DNA from: Chloroflexota bacterium
GTDB lineage: Bacteria > Chloroflexota > UBA11872 > VXOZ01
Assembly (NCBI GenBank): GCA_965221905.1
Contig: OZ244922.1
Location: 3,008,001-3,072,000, forward strand
Direction of reading: 5' to 3'
Length of the DNA stretch: 64,000 nt
Shown here: positions 1 to 10,200 of the stretch, piece after piece
How the letters are laid out: the number at the start of each line of letters is the position of its first letter
Position numbering within the stretch: the first letter of the stretch is position 1
The notes under the pieces: model-generated
Told to the model about the DNA's origin: nothing
The model's database searches: none
The model's input: only the letters and a program-made list of their open reading frames with translations
Made by a program: the position numbers and the translations under genes

Positions 1-121
1 CTTCGTCTACCGGCTCAGCTACCTGCCCACAGGCCGCCAAGAGTCCCACGCTTCCAAGCATGCCGGCGCCGATGCTAAGCATCCGCCGTCGTGTTAGACC
101 CAAATTATGTACACGATCCAT
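1..121 (-). CDS. 5' part of a Tat-exported lipoprotein, probably an extracellular solute-binding protein (runs off the window edge)
   Basis: Own translation: MDRVHNLGLTRRRMLSIGAGMLGSVGLLAACGQVAEPVDE. It has a twin-arginine motif, a LAAC lipobox and an AAGGAG RBS upstream. Confidence 0.75.
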   Translation of the reverse strand, partial: MDRVHNLGLTRRRMLSIGAGMLGSVGLLAACGQVAEPVDE

Positions 122-389
122 CGTTTCTCTCCTTGAAAACTACATTATCTACGCTTCACTCTCGCAAGTCTGCTAGATCAACGCGGGGCCGCCCTTAGTG
201 GTACCACGAGGGGTGGAACAACACCACCAGCCTTTCTATCGGCGTATTTGCCAACGAAAGCGATATCCGGCTTCCCTTCTCCTTCCCTGTGTGCTGTCTG
301 CTTGTGCTGCATCATATCAATTGACTAGCAACGCGACAAGCTTAAAAGGGAGCGTAAGGAGTCCCTTGTTCGCGAGCCTGTGCACATGA

Positions 390-1427
390 CTAACTAGCCG
401 TGCCTTCGACGATACTCACCACTGCATTCGTGGGCACGACCCGAGACAGGCAAAGGCCCGCCTGCCCAAAGAGTTCGGCATATTCTTCTTCGGTGCGCTC
501 CCGCCCGCCTGGTGTCAGCGCCAACATCACGACGTCCCAGAGCTTGCTGTTCGACGCCACATTGCCGGGCGGCATCACGCCTTCCACGACCAGCACTCTT
601 CCCCCCGCCGCCATCGCTTCCCTGCAGTTCCGCAAGATTATGGCAGACCGCGCATCGTCCCAGTCATGAATTATGTGCTTCAGCATGTAGAGGTCGCCGC
701 CCGCGGGAACGTTGGCAAAGAAGTCGCCGCCCACCACCTGACAGCGCTTACCGTAGTCTCCGGACGCAAGCTCCGGCCCGGCTGCCTCGACAACGCTCGG
801 CCGGTCGTAGAGAATGCCTCTCAGCGTCGGATAAGCGGTCAGTATGTCGGTCAGCAATCGACCGCGACCGCCCCCGACGTCCACCACCGTGCCGCAGCCG
901 GTAAAGTCATAGGCTGCACAGACACCGGCAGCCTCGAATCGCGAGAGAGCCGTCATGGAGTTGTCGAAGTCAGTTGCCGCTGCCGGATGCTGCTCCAGGA
1001 AATCAAAGAGCGAAAGTCCGTACGCGTGGTCGAATGCCGGCCGGCCTGTCTCCACACTATAGAGAAGGTGTGCCCAGGCCCGGTTATACCACTCGCTGCC
1101 GTGCACAATTGCGTAGTCCCTAAAGGAACACGGCGCATCGGCTTGCAGCAACTCCGCCATCGGCGTGAGCGCAAACTGCCTGGGCTCCAGTTCCACAAAC
1201 ACTTCCAGGCTTGCCAGCAAGCGCATGACCCGATAGAGCGCCGAGGCATTGGCGCCCGTCTCCGCTGCCAGATCATCTATTGTCCGTGGACCGTCCGCCA
1301 GCAGATCGGCAATGCCTAACTTGGCCGCAACGAATAGACATTGCGTGGTCGCCTTGCCCCATACCAACTGCTGGAGGCGAGGAACAAGCGACGCGTCGGG
1401 GAATGAGTCGGGCCAGTCAGGCGTCAC
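390..1427 (-). CDS. SAM-dependent O-methyltransferase (dimerisation domain plus class I methyltransferase domain)
   Basis: VVDVGGGRG SAM motif, GDFF and KHIIHDWDD. Start moved to GTG 1427 (GGAG RBS) because the ORF-track ATG at 1484 lies inside a REP sequence. Confidence 0.9.
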   Translation of the reverse strand: MTPDWPDSFPDASLVPRLQQLVWGKATTQCLFVAAKLGIADLLADGPRTIDDLAAETGANASALYRVMRLLASLEVFVELEPRQFALTPMAELLQADAPCSFRDYAIVHGSEWYNRAWAHLLYSVETGRPAFDHAYGLSLFDFLEQHPAAATDFDNSMTALSRFEAAGVCAAYDFTGCGTVVDVGGGRGRLLTDILTAYPTLRGILYDRPSVVEAAGPELASGDYGKRCQVVGGDFFANVPAGGDLYMLKHIIHDWDDARSAIILRNCREAMAAGGRVLVVEGVMPPGNVASNSKLWDVVMLALTPGGRERTEEEYAELFGQAGLCLSRVVPTNAVVSIVEGTAS

Positions 1428-1487
1428 GATATTCTCCCTGTACTGCAGGATAAGAGGCCCACACGGCACGTTCCGTTCCGTCATTCC

Positions 1488-1780
1488 TGTAAGTGTTGAC
1501 TAATTCGTTGACAGTTTCATCAGTCCAATTGAAACCATGACAAGTAGAAGACGTTCAACTCCGTCATTCCGGCGCAAGCCGGAATCCATCTTCGCTGCAC
1601 CCCTGGACTCCGGCTTTCGCCGGAGTGACGATTCTCGTGCCGTCTGCGCTATTAGTCTTTGATGCATGAGCTGTCATTGCTCGTGATGCAGCAACCCAAT
1701 GTGGATGGCAGCCGATACGAGGGCATAATCTCTGGTTGTTATATTTTCCCATTCTGTCAACGAGATACCTAACACTCACA
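1488..1780. mobile_element. MITE-like element (family A, copy 1) with 27-bp imperfect TIRs TGT...ACA, inserted in a REP
   Basis: Left end tgtaagtgttgactaattcgttgacag, right end ctgtcaacgagatacctaacactcaca. Flanks attcc/actcc resemble a 5-bp target duplication and rejoin into cgtcattcccgcgaaagcgggaa. Second copy at 16928-17191. Confidence 0.75.
1562..1630. repeat. Inverted REP doublet (GTCATTCCGGC...GCCGGAATCC class)
   Basis: cgtcattccggcgcaagccggaatcc ... ggactccggctttcgccggagtgacg. Confidence 0.85.
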
Positions 1781-1902
1781 ACTCCCGCGAAAGCGGGAAA
1801 TTCATCTCAGTCTTGAACAGCTCGCTATTCCGATGATGCATTGACCGCCGCACTACCCTTGGGATTGGCGGAAAGCTGAGTCCCTTTGTGCCAAGTTTCC
1901 AC

Positions 1903-3648
1903 CTAGCGGCCCATGGCGTACGGCATCATCGTCCTTGGCGAGGCGGCTCCTTCGATCAAGCCGCTGTCGGGGTTGAAGCGCACGCCTGTCACCTGACCGT
2001 GTGCCCAGTCGGCGCCTACCACGATTTCATGGCCTCTCGCTTCCAGCGCCGCGCGCGTCTCTTCTGAAACACGCCCCTCCACCACCACGCGTTTCGGAAA
2101 CGCCGCGCGCGGGTAGAACGAACTGGGGAAGTGCATGCTATGGAACGAAGGCGCATCTATCGCCTCTTGCAAGTTCATGCCAAAATCAACCACATTGAGG
2201 AAAAACTGCAACGTCCATTGGTCCTGCATATCGCCGCCAGGCGTGCCGAACACCATGTGGGGCCGTCCGTCTTTCATGGCCAGCGACGGTGTCAGCGTCG
2301 TGCGCGGACGTTTGCCCGGCATGAGGGCATTGGGATGAGCGGGGTCGAGCGAGAACATCTGTCCGCGCGTGCCTAGGGGGAAGCCCAATCCTTCCACGAC
2401 CGGCGAGGTCGTCAACCAGCCCCCGCTCGGCGTGGCGGAGAACATGTTGCCTTCTGCGTCGATGACGTCGAGATGGGTCGTATCGTACGCGTAGACCGCG
2501 GGATCGCCGGGCCGCGCCTCAAGGGCCGACGGCGGCAGATCGCCCGGTCGCAAATCGGGAGAAGCAACCGCCGGATCTATGAGCGTGCTGCGCTGCGCTG
2601 CATACCCCTTATCCAAGAGCCGATCAAGCGGCACGTGCACGAACGCCGGATCGCCGTAGTAGGTCTCGCGGTCCGCAAACGCCAGCTTCGCCGCCTCAAC
2701 CACGGTATGAATGTATTCAGGCGTATTGTGGCCCAGGGAGGCCAAGTCGAATTGCTCGAGCAGTGTGAGTTGCTGCAGGAACACGGGTCCCTGGCACCAA
2801 GGCCCGCACTTATAGACGTCCAGACCGCGATAGTTCACGGTGACCGGCTGCTCCACTTTCGTGCGGAAGGCTGCGAAGTCATCCTCCGCTATTAGACCGC
2901 GGTGGGTTTGGCCGTTAGCATCGAGCACCTCAGTGTTCGCCGCGAATGCAGCCGCCTTTGCGGCAACGTCGCCTCGATAGAAATAGTCTAGGGCGGCGCG
3001 CAGGCCCGCTTCACGTCCGCGGTGTTGCTCCCGCATTTCGGCGTCTATGGCCCCTTGAAAGGTGCGGGCCCAGTCCGGTTGCTTCCAAATTGAGCCAACC
3101 GCCGGCACGGCCCCGTTGTCCAGAAACGCCTGCGCCGAAGTCGGCCACCGCGTGCGAAACTTTTCTGCTTGTTTGCCAATGCTGCGGTGCAATTCCGCGT
3201 ACATGGGAAAGCCGTCCCTCGCCAGATCCACCACCGGGCCCAGCGTCTCCTTGAGGCCCAACCGCCCGTAACGCAGCAAGGACGTGACCCAAGCGCCAAA
3301 GGCTCCGGGCACCGTTGCGGGCAAGAACCCGTCGCCTGGGATGAGGTCGATATTCTGGGAGCGAAACCACTCGATGGTCGCTCGCTTTGGCGCGATCCCC
3401 TGCCCGTTGATGGCAGCCACCTGCGGCCCGTCACCGCCGTCGCGGTGAATGAGAATCGGACTTTCGCCGCCGATGCCGTTGGACTGCGGCTTTAGCATAT
3501 TGAGCGCAAAGCCCGCCGCCACGCCTGCGTCTATTGCGTTTCCTCCCTGGTCCAGCACCCGCATGCCGATAGCCGTCGCTAAGTAATGCCCCGTCGTCAC
3601 GACGCCGTGCGTACCCATGATTACGGGGCGTGTCGTAAATCCCGCCAT
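1903..3648 (-). CDS. Gamma-glutamyltransferase family protein
   Basis: GGNAIDA, DTTH nucleophile Thr, PGKRPRTTLTP and FGTPGG. Start at ATG 3648 with AAGGAG RBS. Confidence 0.92.
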   Translation of the reverse strand: MAGFTTRPVIMGTHGVVTTGHYLATAIGMRVLDQGGNAIDAGVAAGFALNMLKPQSNGIGGESPILIHRDGGDGPQVAAINGQGIAPKRATIEWFRSQNIDLIPGDGFLPATVPGAFGAWVTSLLRYGRLGLKETLGPVVDLARDGFPMYAELHRSIGKQAEKFRTRWPTSAQAFLDNGAVPAVGSIWKQPDWARTFQGAIDAEMREQHRGREAGLRAALDYFYRGDVAAKAAAFAANTEVLDANGQTHRGLIAEDDFAAFRTKVEQPVTVNYRGLDVYKCGPWCQGPVFLQQLTLLEQFDLASLGHNTPEYIHTVVEAAKLAFADRETYYGDPAFVHVPLDRLLDKGYAAQRSTLIDPAVASPDLRPGDLPPSALEARPGDPAVYAYDTTHLDVIDAEGNMFSATPSGGWLTTSPVVEGLGFPLGTRGQMFSLDPAHPNALMPGKRPRTTLTPSLAMKDGRPHMVFGTPGGDMQDQWTLQFFLNVVDFGMNLQEAIDAPSFHSMHFPSSFYPRAAFPKRVVVEGRVSEETRAALEARGHEIVVGADWAHGQVTGVRFNPDSGLIEGAASPRTMMPYAMGR

Positions 3649-3872
3649 TGCGCTTGTTCGCTCCTTATACCACCCAAGGGCTGCGTCGCGAGCGATTAGC
3701 TCCACCGCGTGCGCTTAGCTGGCAATCGTACTCTCGGTTTATCCACAGAATTCTGCAATGAACGTAGCACGCCACTCTCAAATCCGCAAACACTGACGCT
3801 TGTAGCCACCCAATCCCAGCCAGTGGTACGATTGGGCGAGCACCCTACCAAGTAGTAGAGCCATTCGTTCCC

Positions 3873-5231
3873 ATGAAGCCGCCAAACACACCGACTTTGC
3901 CCCGGACGCCCATCGACCTGGGCGACAACTTGCGCCTGCGCTTTGCCGTTCCCGATGACTTCGACGCCTGGGTTGACTTCAACGAGCGCATGCGCGAGTA
4001 CGATCCGTCCTCGAACCGCGTCGGTGTCTGGGCGCATGAACTCATGTCCGGCAGACACCCGACGACCAGAGCCGGCGACTTCACGGTTGTGGAGGATACG
4101 GCCACCGGCAAGATCGTTTCGTCGCTTTGCCTAATCCCGCAGACCTGGTCGTACGGCGGGATTCCGTTCGGCTGCGGCCGCATTGAGCAGGTGGGCACCG
4201 ATCCCCTTTACCGGCGGCGCGGCCTCATTCGCAAGCAAATGGACGTCATCCACACGCTCAGCGATTCCAAAGGCGAGCTGATACAAGCCATCACCGGCAT
4301 TCCCTGGTATTATCGCCAATTTGGCTATGAATTCGCCCTCGATCTTTACTGCGGCCGTGTTGTGCGGGTTTCGCCGCCTAGCCCGCAGACCACCGCGCAT
4401 TTTCATGTGCGGCCCCTAACCGATGCCGACCACGCGTTCGTCCGCTCTGTTTACGCGCATGCCGAACAGCGGCAACCCTTTAGCGTCGTGCGCTCAGACG
4501 AGCATTGGGAATGGGAATTCTCCGGGCGCACCACTGACAGCGAGGTGTACAGGGAGTGGCTCGTCATAGAGGACACGGCGCATAGGCCGGTTGGCTTCAT
4601 CCAGTACCACCCGCTCCTTAGCTCCGCAGAGCCGAAACCGTGGCGCATGGTCGTGCGCCAATGTGCGCTCGCGCCGGGCGTCAGTTACCTAAACGTCATG
4701 CCTGACCTGTTAACGGCACTCCATGCCTATGTACAATCGCTCAACAACTCCGGCGGAGGGAAAGCGGAATCGCAACCTGGCGAGATTGTGTTCATGCTGG
4801 GACGCGATAATCCAGCCTACGCCACGTTCCCAAATCTGGTAACATCCTCGCTCCAGGGATACGCCTGGTACCTCCGCGTGCCGGACCTTGCCGCCTTTCT
4901 CCGCCACGTGCGCCCTGCCCTGGAAATGCATCTGTTGGGCACGCCTGCCGAAGGCTACACCGGCACGCTCACACTAGATTTCTTCCGTAGCGGTCTGAGA
5001 CTCGAATTCAATCAGGGACAGGTCTCGGCAGTCACTGCTTTAAACCATACGGAAGTCTCATCCAGCGACGCCAGCTTTCCAGACTTGACCTTCTTACAAC
5101 TTCTCGGCGGTCGCCGCACCTATACCCAGCTCAAAGAGAGTTATCCCGATTGCAGCGCCACACCCACGGCCCAAGCCCTTTTAACCGCGCTCTTCCCGCC
5201 GTTTTCGGGGAATCTCTGGCATTCGGACTAG
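3873..5231 (+). CDS. GNAT family N-acetyltransferase (Eis-like, multi-domain)
   Basis: VGTDPLYRRRGL acetyl-CoA motif and GIPWYYRQFGY; 452 aa. Confidence 0.8.
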   Translation: MKPPNTPTLPRTPIDLGDNLRLRFAVPDDFDAWVDFNERMREYDPSSNRVGVWAHELMSGRHPTTRAGDFTVVEDTATGKIVSSLCLIPQTWSYGGIPFGCGRIEQVGTDPLYRRRGLIRKQMDVIHTLSDSKGELIQAITGIPWYYRQFGYEFALDLYCGRVVRVSPPSPQTTAHFHVRPLTDADHAFVRSVYAHAEQRQPFSVVRSDEHWEWEFSGRTTDSEVYREWLVIEDTAHRPVGFIQYHPLLSSAEPKPWRMVVRQCALAPGVSYLNVMPDLLTALHAYVQSLNNSGGGKAESQPGEIVFMLGRDNPAYATFPNLVTSSLQGYAWYLRVPDLAAFLRHVRPALEMHLLGTPAEGYTGTLTLDFFRSGLRLEFNQGQVSAVTALNHTEVSSSDASFPDLTFLQLLGGRRTYTQLKESYPDCSATPTAQALLTALFPPFSGNLWHSD

Positions 5232-5333
5232 GTGTGCTGGAGTTAGAGCCCAGCGGAACCGGGCGTATTTCAGCCGGATCCGGTTAGTACCCCTAGAGAG
5301 GCGCTTGCCAGGACAGTAAAGTGGTCAAGCAAG

Positions 5334-6095
5334 TTACTGCGCGGTATAGCCGCCGTCCACCGGCAGCGCCGCGCCGGTCACGAATGACGCCGCATCGGAG
5401 CAGAGCCACGTCACCACTGCGGCGACTTCCTCCGGGCTGGCAAAGCGACCGTTCGGCTGCGAAGCCAACAGTCTTTCGCCCACCTGCGGATTACGCGTCA
5501 CGAGCGTTTCTAGCATTGGGCTGTAAACCGCGGCCGGGCAAACGCAATTGACCCGGATTCCATGGGGCGCGTACTGGAGCGCCGCCGTTTTCGTAAGACC
5601 CACCACACCGTGTTTGCTGGCGGCGTAGGCCGGACTGTGCTGGCTGCCGACCAAACCGGCAATTGAGGAAGTATTGACAATCGCGCCGCCGCCCGCTTGG
5701 ATCATGGCCGGAATCTCGTGCTTCATGCAGAGCCACACGCCTTTGAGATTGATGCCCATCACATCGTCCCAATCGTCTTCCGTAAAGTCGATCATGGCCG
5801 CGCCGCTGCCCAGCACGCCGGCATTGTTGAAGGCGATGTCCAGACGCCCAAAGGACTGCACGGCAGCCGCAACCATTGCCTCCACATCTACAGCCGCGCG
5901 CACGTCGGTCTTTACAAAGACGGCCTCACCGCCTTCTGCCTTGACAAGGCACACGGTTTCTTCCCCTCCCGCTTGGTCAACGTCGGCAACCACCACGCGC
6001 GCCCCGCCGTGAGCAAAGCTGAGCGCCGCGGCACGGCCGATTCCTGATGCTCCACCCGTTACCAACGCTGCCTTGTCTGCAAATTGAAGTGACAC
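5334..6095 (-). CDS. Short-chain dehydrogenase/reductase
   Basis: TGGASGIG, NNAG and YAASK motifs. Confidence 0.93.
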   Translation of the reverse strand: MSLQFADKAALVTGGASGIGRAAALSFAHGGARVVVADVDQAGGEETVCLVKAEGGEAVFVKTDVRAAVDVEAMVAAAVQSFGRLDIAFNNAGVLGSGAAMIDFTEDDWDDVMGINLKGVWLCMKHEIPAMIQAGGGAIVNTSSIAGLVGSQHSPAYAASKHGVVGLTKTAALQYAPHGIRVNCVCPAAVYSPMLETLVTRNPQVGERLLASQPNGRFASPEEVAAVVTWLCSDAASFVTGAALPVDGGYTAQ

Positions 6096-6167
6096 GCTAC
6101 CGCTCCTCGCGCCTCTTGCATACGTAAACTTTCACGCTCTGACAGGAAGTGAGCGTGCACTCTGGCT

Positions 6168-6198
6168 CGTCATTCCCGCGCACGCGGGAATCCATCTT
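6168..6198 (+). repeat. REP-like palindrome
   Basis: cgtcattcccgcgcacgcgggaatccatctt, same class as the copies at 11.7-11.9 kb. Confidence 0.85.
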
Positions 6199-6247
6199 CT
6201 CTTCCGTAACCCGATACCCACAAGTCTCCCGGTTGGCAGTAAATTAG

Positions 6248-7207
6248 TCACTGCGCTATCTCGGACTCCGGCCCCCCATCCGCATTGCCGAACATCTCGC
6301 CAATCACGGGCCGCACCAGTTCCCAGTCCGGCAGCAAAACCTGCGCGCCGCCCTCCGTGACATAGTCGTAAACCAGCGGCGGCTCGATGACGCGCGCGTT
6401 GATCGGCGCATCGCGCAACAGATAGAGGTCGCGCAAGAGAATGAGCTGCTCCGTAAGTGTCAGGTCAGTCTCGATGATCTCATTGAACTGCTGAAAGAGG
6501 ATGGGGAACAAGAGGATCATCTCGTCCGAAAAGAGACTGGAGTGCGCCGAGGCAATGACGTTCTGCTGGCGGCCCATGCGTTTGAAGTCATTGTCCGGAT
6601 GCCGTGTACGCGCGTAGACCAGCGCCGTTTCGCCATCCATGTGCTGCATGCCTTGGGGGATGAAGATGCTCGTGTATCCGTAGTCCATGGTCGGATAGGC
6701 ATTGTCTACCAGGTTCTTGGCCACCGTGACGTCTATGCCGCCGAAAGCGTCGATGAGGGCTACAAAGCCGGCAAAGTCAATCGCGGCCACAGCGTGCACC
6801 GGCACGTCGAAGACCGATTCAACCGTCTGGCGCGCCAATTCGGCGCCGCTATCTTCGTAGACCTCGCCAAAGAGATAGGCGGCATTTATGCGGTACCAGC
6901 CGTAGTCGGGGATGGTCACCCACAGGTCGCGCGGGATCGAGAGCAGCGAGAGCGAGCGCGACTTGCGCTCGATGCTGAGCAGCATGATAACGTCGCTGTT
7001 CGAGGGTTCGCCGGGTTGCCGTCGGTCGAGCCCTACGAGCAGGATGGTAAAGCGCTCGCCGGCGCCCAAGTCCGGTCGCGCGGTCTCTGCACGGGCGACC
7101 GGTACGAACAACGTCGCCAGCACACACCCAGCCAGCAGCATTAGACAGAGCGCGGCCAGGCGCAGGTGCAGCCGGAAGCGCTGCGGGCAACACTCCTGAA
7201 CGCTCAC
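6248..7207 (-). CDS. LytR-CpsA-Psr (LCP) family phosphotransferase
   Basis: N-terminal TM helix, ILLVGLD, SDVIML, SIPRDLWV, RINAAY and ARTRH..DFKRMGRQQ. Overlaps the dnaE stop codon. Confidence 0.92.
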   Translation of the reverse strand: MSVQECCPQRFRLHLRLAALCLMLLAGCVLATLFVPVARAETARPDLGAGERFTILLVGLDRRQPGEPSNSDVIMLLSIERKSRSLSLLSIPRDLWVTIPDYGWYRINAAYLFGEVYEDSGAELARQTVESVFDVPVHAVAAIDFAGFVALIDAFGGIDVTVAKNLVDNAYPTMDYGYTSIFIPQGMQHMDGETALVYARTRHPDNDFKRMGRQQNVIASAHSSLFSDEMILLFPILFQQFNEIIETDLTLTEQLILLRDLYLLRDAPINARVIEPPLVYDYVTEGGAQVLLPDWELVRPVIGEMFGNADGGPESEIAQ

Positions 7208-10200
7208 GTGTCCATCTTTCGCAGCGGCGCCGTGCCCAACAGCTCCTCTATCTCGTCCTCCACCTCCGGCGTCAGCGCAATCCGATCATGCGTATCTATG
7301 CGCACGTGCACTCCGTTGAGAATAATCCGCAGCGCAACGCGCGTGTCGCCGGGATTTCGGGTCAAGACGTTTGCGACCCGCTGCAACAGTCCCAAGTCCT
7401 GCGCGTCATCCGACGTGCGTTGGAGCACCAGCTCCACCTCCGGCCCCGTCTGATCTACGACATCCGCAACCGGCTGCATTTCCTGCTCAGGATCGGGTTC
7501 GACGCTATCGTTTCGCGGCGAAGCATCTGCGGTGGGTGCTGCAGGGGTCTCTGACTCTTCACCACTGGCAGCCACGGGTTCATCCACAACAGCGGGCCGG
7601 TCAGTGGGGACATCATTGTCGCCAAGAACCCATTCGGGCAAGTCACTGCCGCTGGCAGGCAGCGATGCGCCTTCCCTTACAGCTACCGTAACCGGCGGCA
7701 TTGCCGTGTCCGGCTCTTGCCGCTCTGCGACTGCATCGTCCAAGGGTGCCACGCTCTCCGCCAGGACTTTCATAACATCATCCCGGCTATCCTGTTCCAC
7801 GCGCCCCCGCAGGACAACAAAGTTGCCGTTCACAAGCAGTGCGGCCCGCTCCGCGTAGAGATTGGGGAAGACCGTAACGTCAATTTGGCCGCTCTCATCT
7901 TCTAAAGTAAGCAATGCCATATTCTGACCCTTACGGGTGAGTATCTTGCGCACAGACTCAACTCGCCCTGCCAGAGTGACCCGCTTGCCTTCTCTCTCTT
8001 TGGTGACTTCCGCAGTAGTAGTACCGGCCGCGGCATGCATCCGTTCGATATGCGGCTTGAAGGGGTTTTCGGAGAGGTAGTCGCCGAGCAATTCCTTCTC
8101 CCAGATGCCCTTCTCTTCCGGCGTGGCGGGTTCAGCTTGGGGCAGCGTAAAGCTCGTAAGCATGGCTGCCTGCTCCTCGCCAAGGAATGTCTCGAATAGC
8201 GTGGGGCCCTGGTTGCCTATGCTCTGAGCTTTCTGCGAGGACGCCAGCACGTCGTCCAAGCTCGCGAGCAGGGCGGCGCGATCCCCCATGGTGTCCAGCG
8301 CTCCCACTTTGATGAGGCTCTCCAGCGCGCGCCGATTTACAGCCCGTTGATCGATCCGGACGCAAAAATCATAAAATTCCTGGTATGGGCCGTCAGCGCG
8401 CTGTGCGGCGATAGCCTCTGCCGCCGCCGTCCCCACATTCTTCACCGCGGCAAGCCCGAAGTAGACCGTGCCCTCTTTGATGGCAAAATTGGATTCGCTC
8501 TCGTGCACACTCGGCGGCGCCACGGTAACTTTCAACCGGCGGCACTCGCGCACCGCTTCTACGATCTTGTCCGTGTTGCCGAGCTCGGTACTCAAGACCG
8601 CTGTCATATATTCGGTGGGGTAGTTGGCCTTGAGATAGGCGGTCTGATATGCAATCGTGCCGTAGCACGTAGCGTGCGCTTGATTAAATCCGTACCGCGC
8701 AAAGGGCTCGAAGTCGGCGAAGATCTCCTCCGCGAGCTTTTTCGACAAACCGTTTGCCACTGCGCCCTGGACAAATCGCTCGCGATGCTCCTGCAACTCG
8801 TGCGCAATCTTCTTGCGGACGGCGTAGCAGAGCTTGTCTGCCTCGGCCAGGGTGTAGCCGGCCACCGCCTGCGCCACAGCCATCACGTCCTCCTGATAGA
8901 CCATGATGCCGTAGGTGCGCTCCAGTACCGCTGACATCAGCGGATGCCGCGCCGTCGCCTTTTCGCGGCCATGCCGCCGCGCAACGTACTGCGGAATATA
9001 TGCCATGGGGCCCGGACGATAGAGCGCCACCAGCGCCATGACGTCCTCGATCCGGTCCGGCTGCAATTCCTTCACGTAGCGGCGCATGCCATCGGATTCC
9101 AGTTGGAAGACGCCGGTCGTCTCGCCCGAGGAGAGCAATTTAAAGGTCTTGCTATCGTCCAGCGGAATCTTTTTCAGATCGATGGACTCACCGCGCGTCT
9201 CCGCGATGAAGCGTACAGCGCGGTCCAGGACGGTGAGGTTGCGCAAGCCGAGGAAGTCCATCTTGAGCAACCCGATCTTTTCGATGGCGTTCATCTCAAA
9301 CTGGGTCATTACGCCATCGTCGCCCACGTTCCGCTGCAGGGGGACGTACTCGGTGAGCGGCTCGCGCGAAATCACCACCCCCGCCGCATGGGTGGATGCA
9401 TGGCGCGCCACGCCTTCCAGGTTCTTGGCCAGGTCAAGCAGGCGCTGCACCTGGGCGTCGTCCGCCACGAGTTGCTGCAGGTCTGGTGAATCCCGCAGCG
9501 CATCATCCACCGTGGACATGGTGGGGACCAGCTTCGCGACGCGGTCCACCTCGCCGTACGTCATGCCCAGCGCCCGACCCACGTCGCGCACTGCCGCCCG
9601 CGCCTTCATCGTCCCGAAGGTGATGATCTGCGCCACGTGATCGGCGCCGTATTTCTCCGTAACGTATTCGATGACCTCATTGCGGCGTACGTCCATGAGG
9701 TCTACGTCAATGTCCGGCATGGTGTAGCGCGAAGGATTGAGGAATCGCTCGAAGATGAGACCGTAGTGCAAGGGATCGATGTCGGTAATGCCGGCGGTAT
9801 AGCACACGAGACTGCCCGCAGCCGAACCCCGCACGGTGGTGGGTATCCCCTGCTCTTTGGCCCAGTTTACAAAGTCCGCCGCGATCAGGAGGTAGGAGGA
9901 AAAGCCCATTTCCCCGATCACGCCTAACTCGTATTCCAAGCGCTCGTGCGCGGCGGCATCGGGCTCGGCATAGAGCGCCGCCAAGCCTGCTGTGCACCGC
10001 TCGTGCAGGAACGTGCGCGCCGTATGCCCTTCCGGTACCTCGAAATGGGGCAGAATACGCTGGTCGAGGGCAAGCTCCACGTTGCAGGCTTCCGCAATTT
10101 TGACGGTGTTCGTCAGGGCTTCGGGAAACTCGGAAAAGATTTCCCACATCTCATCGGCGCTGCGCAGGTAGAACGCATCCTTCTCCATACGCATGCGGTT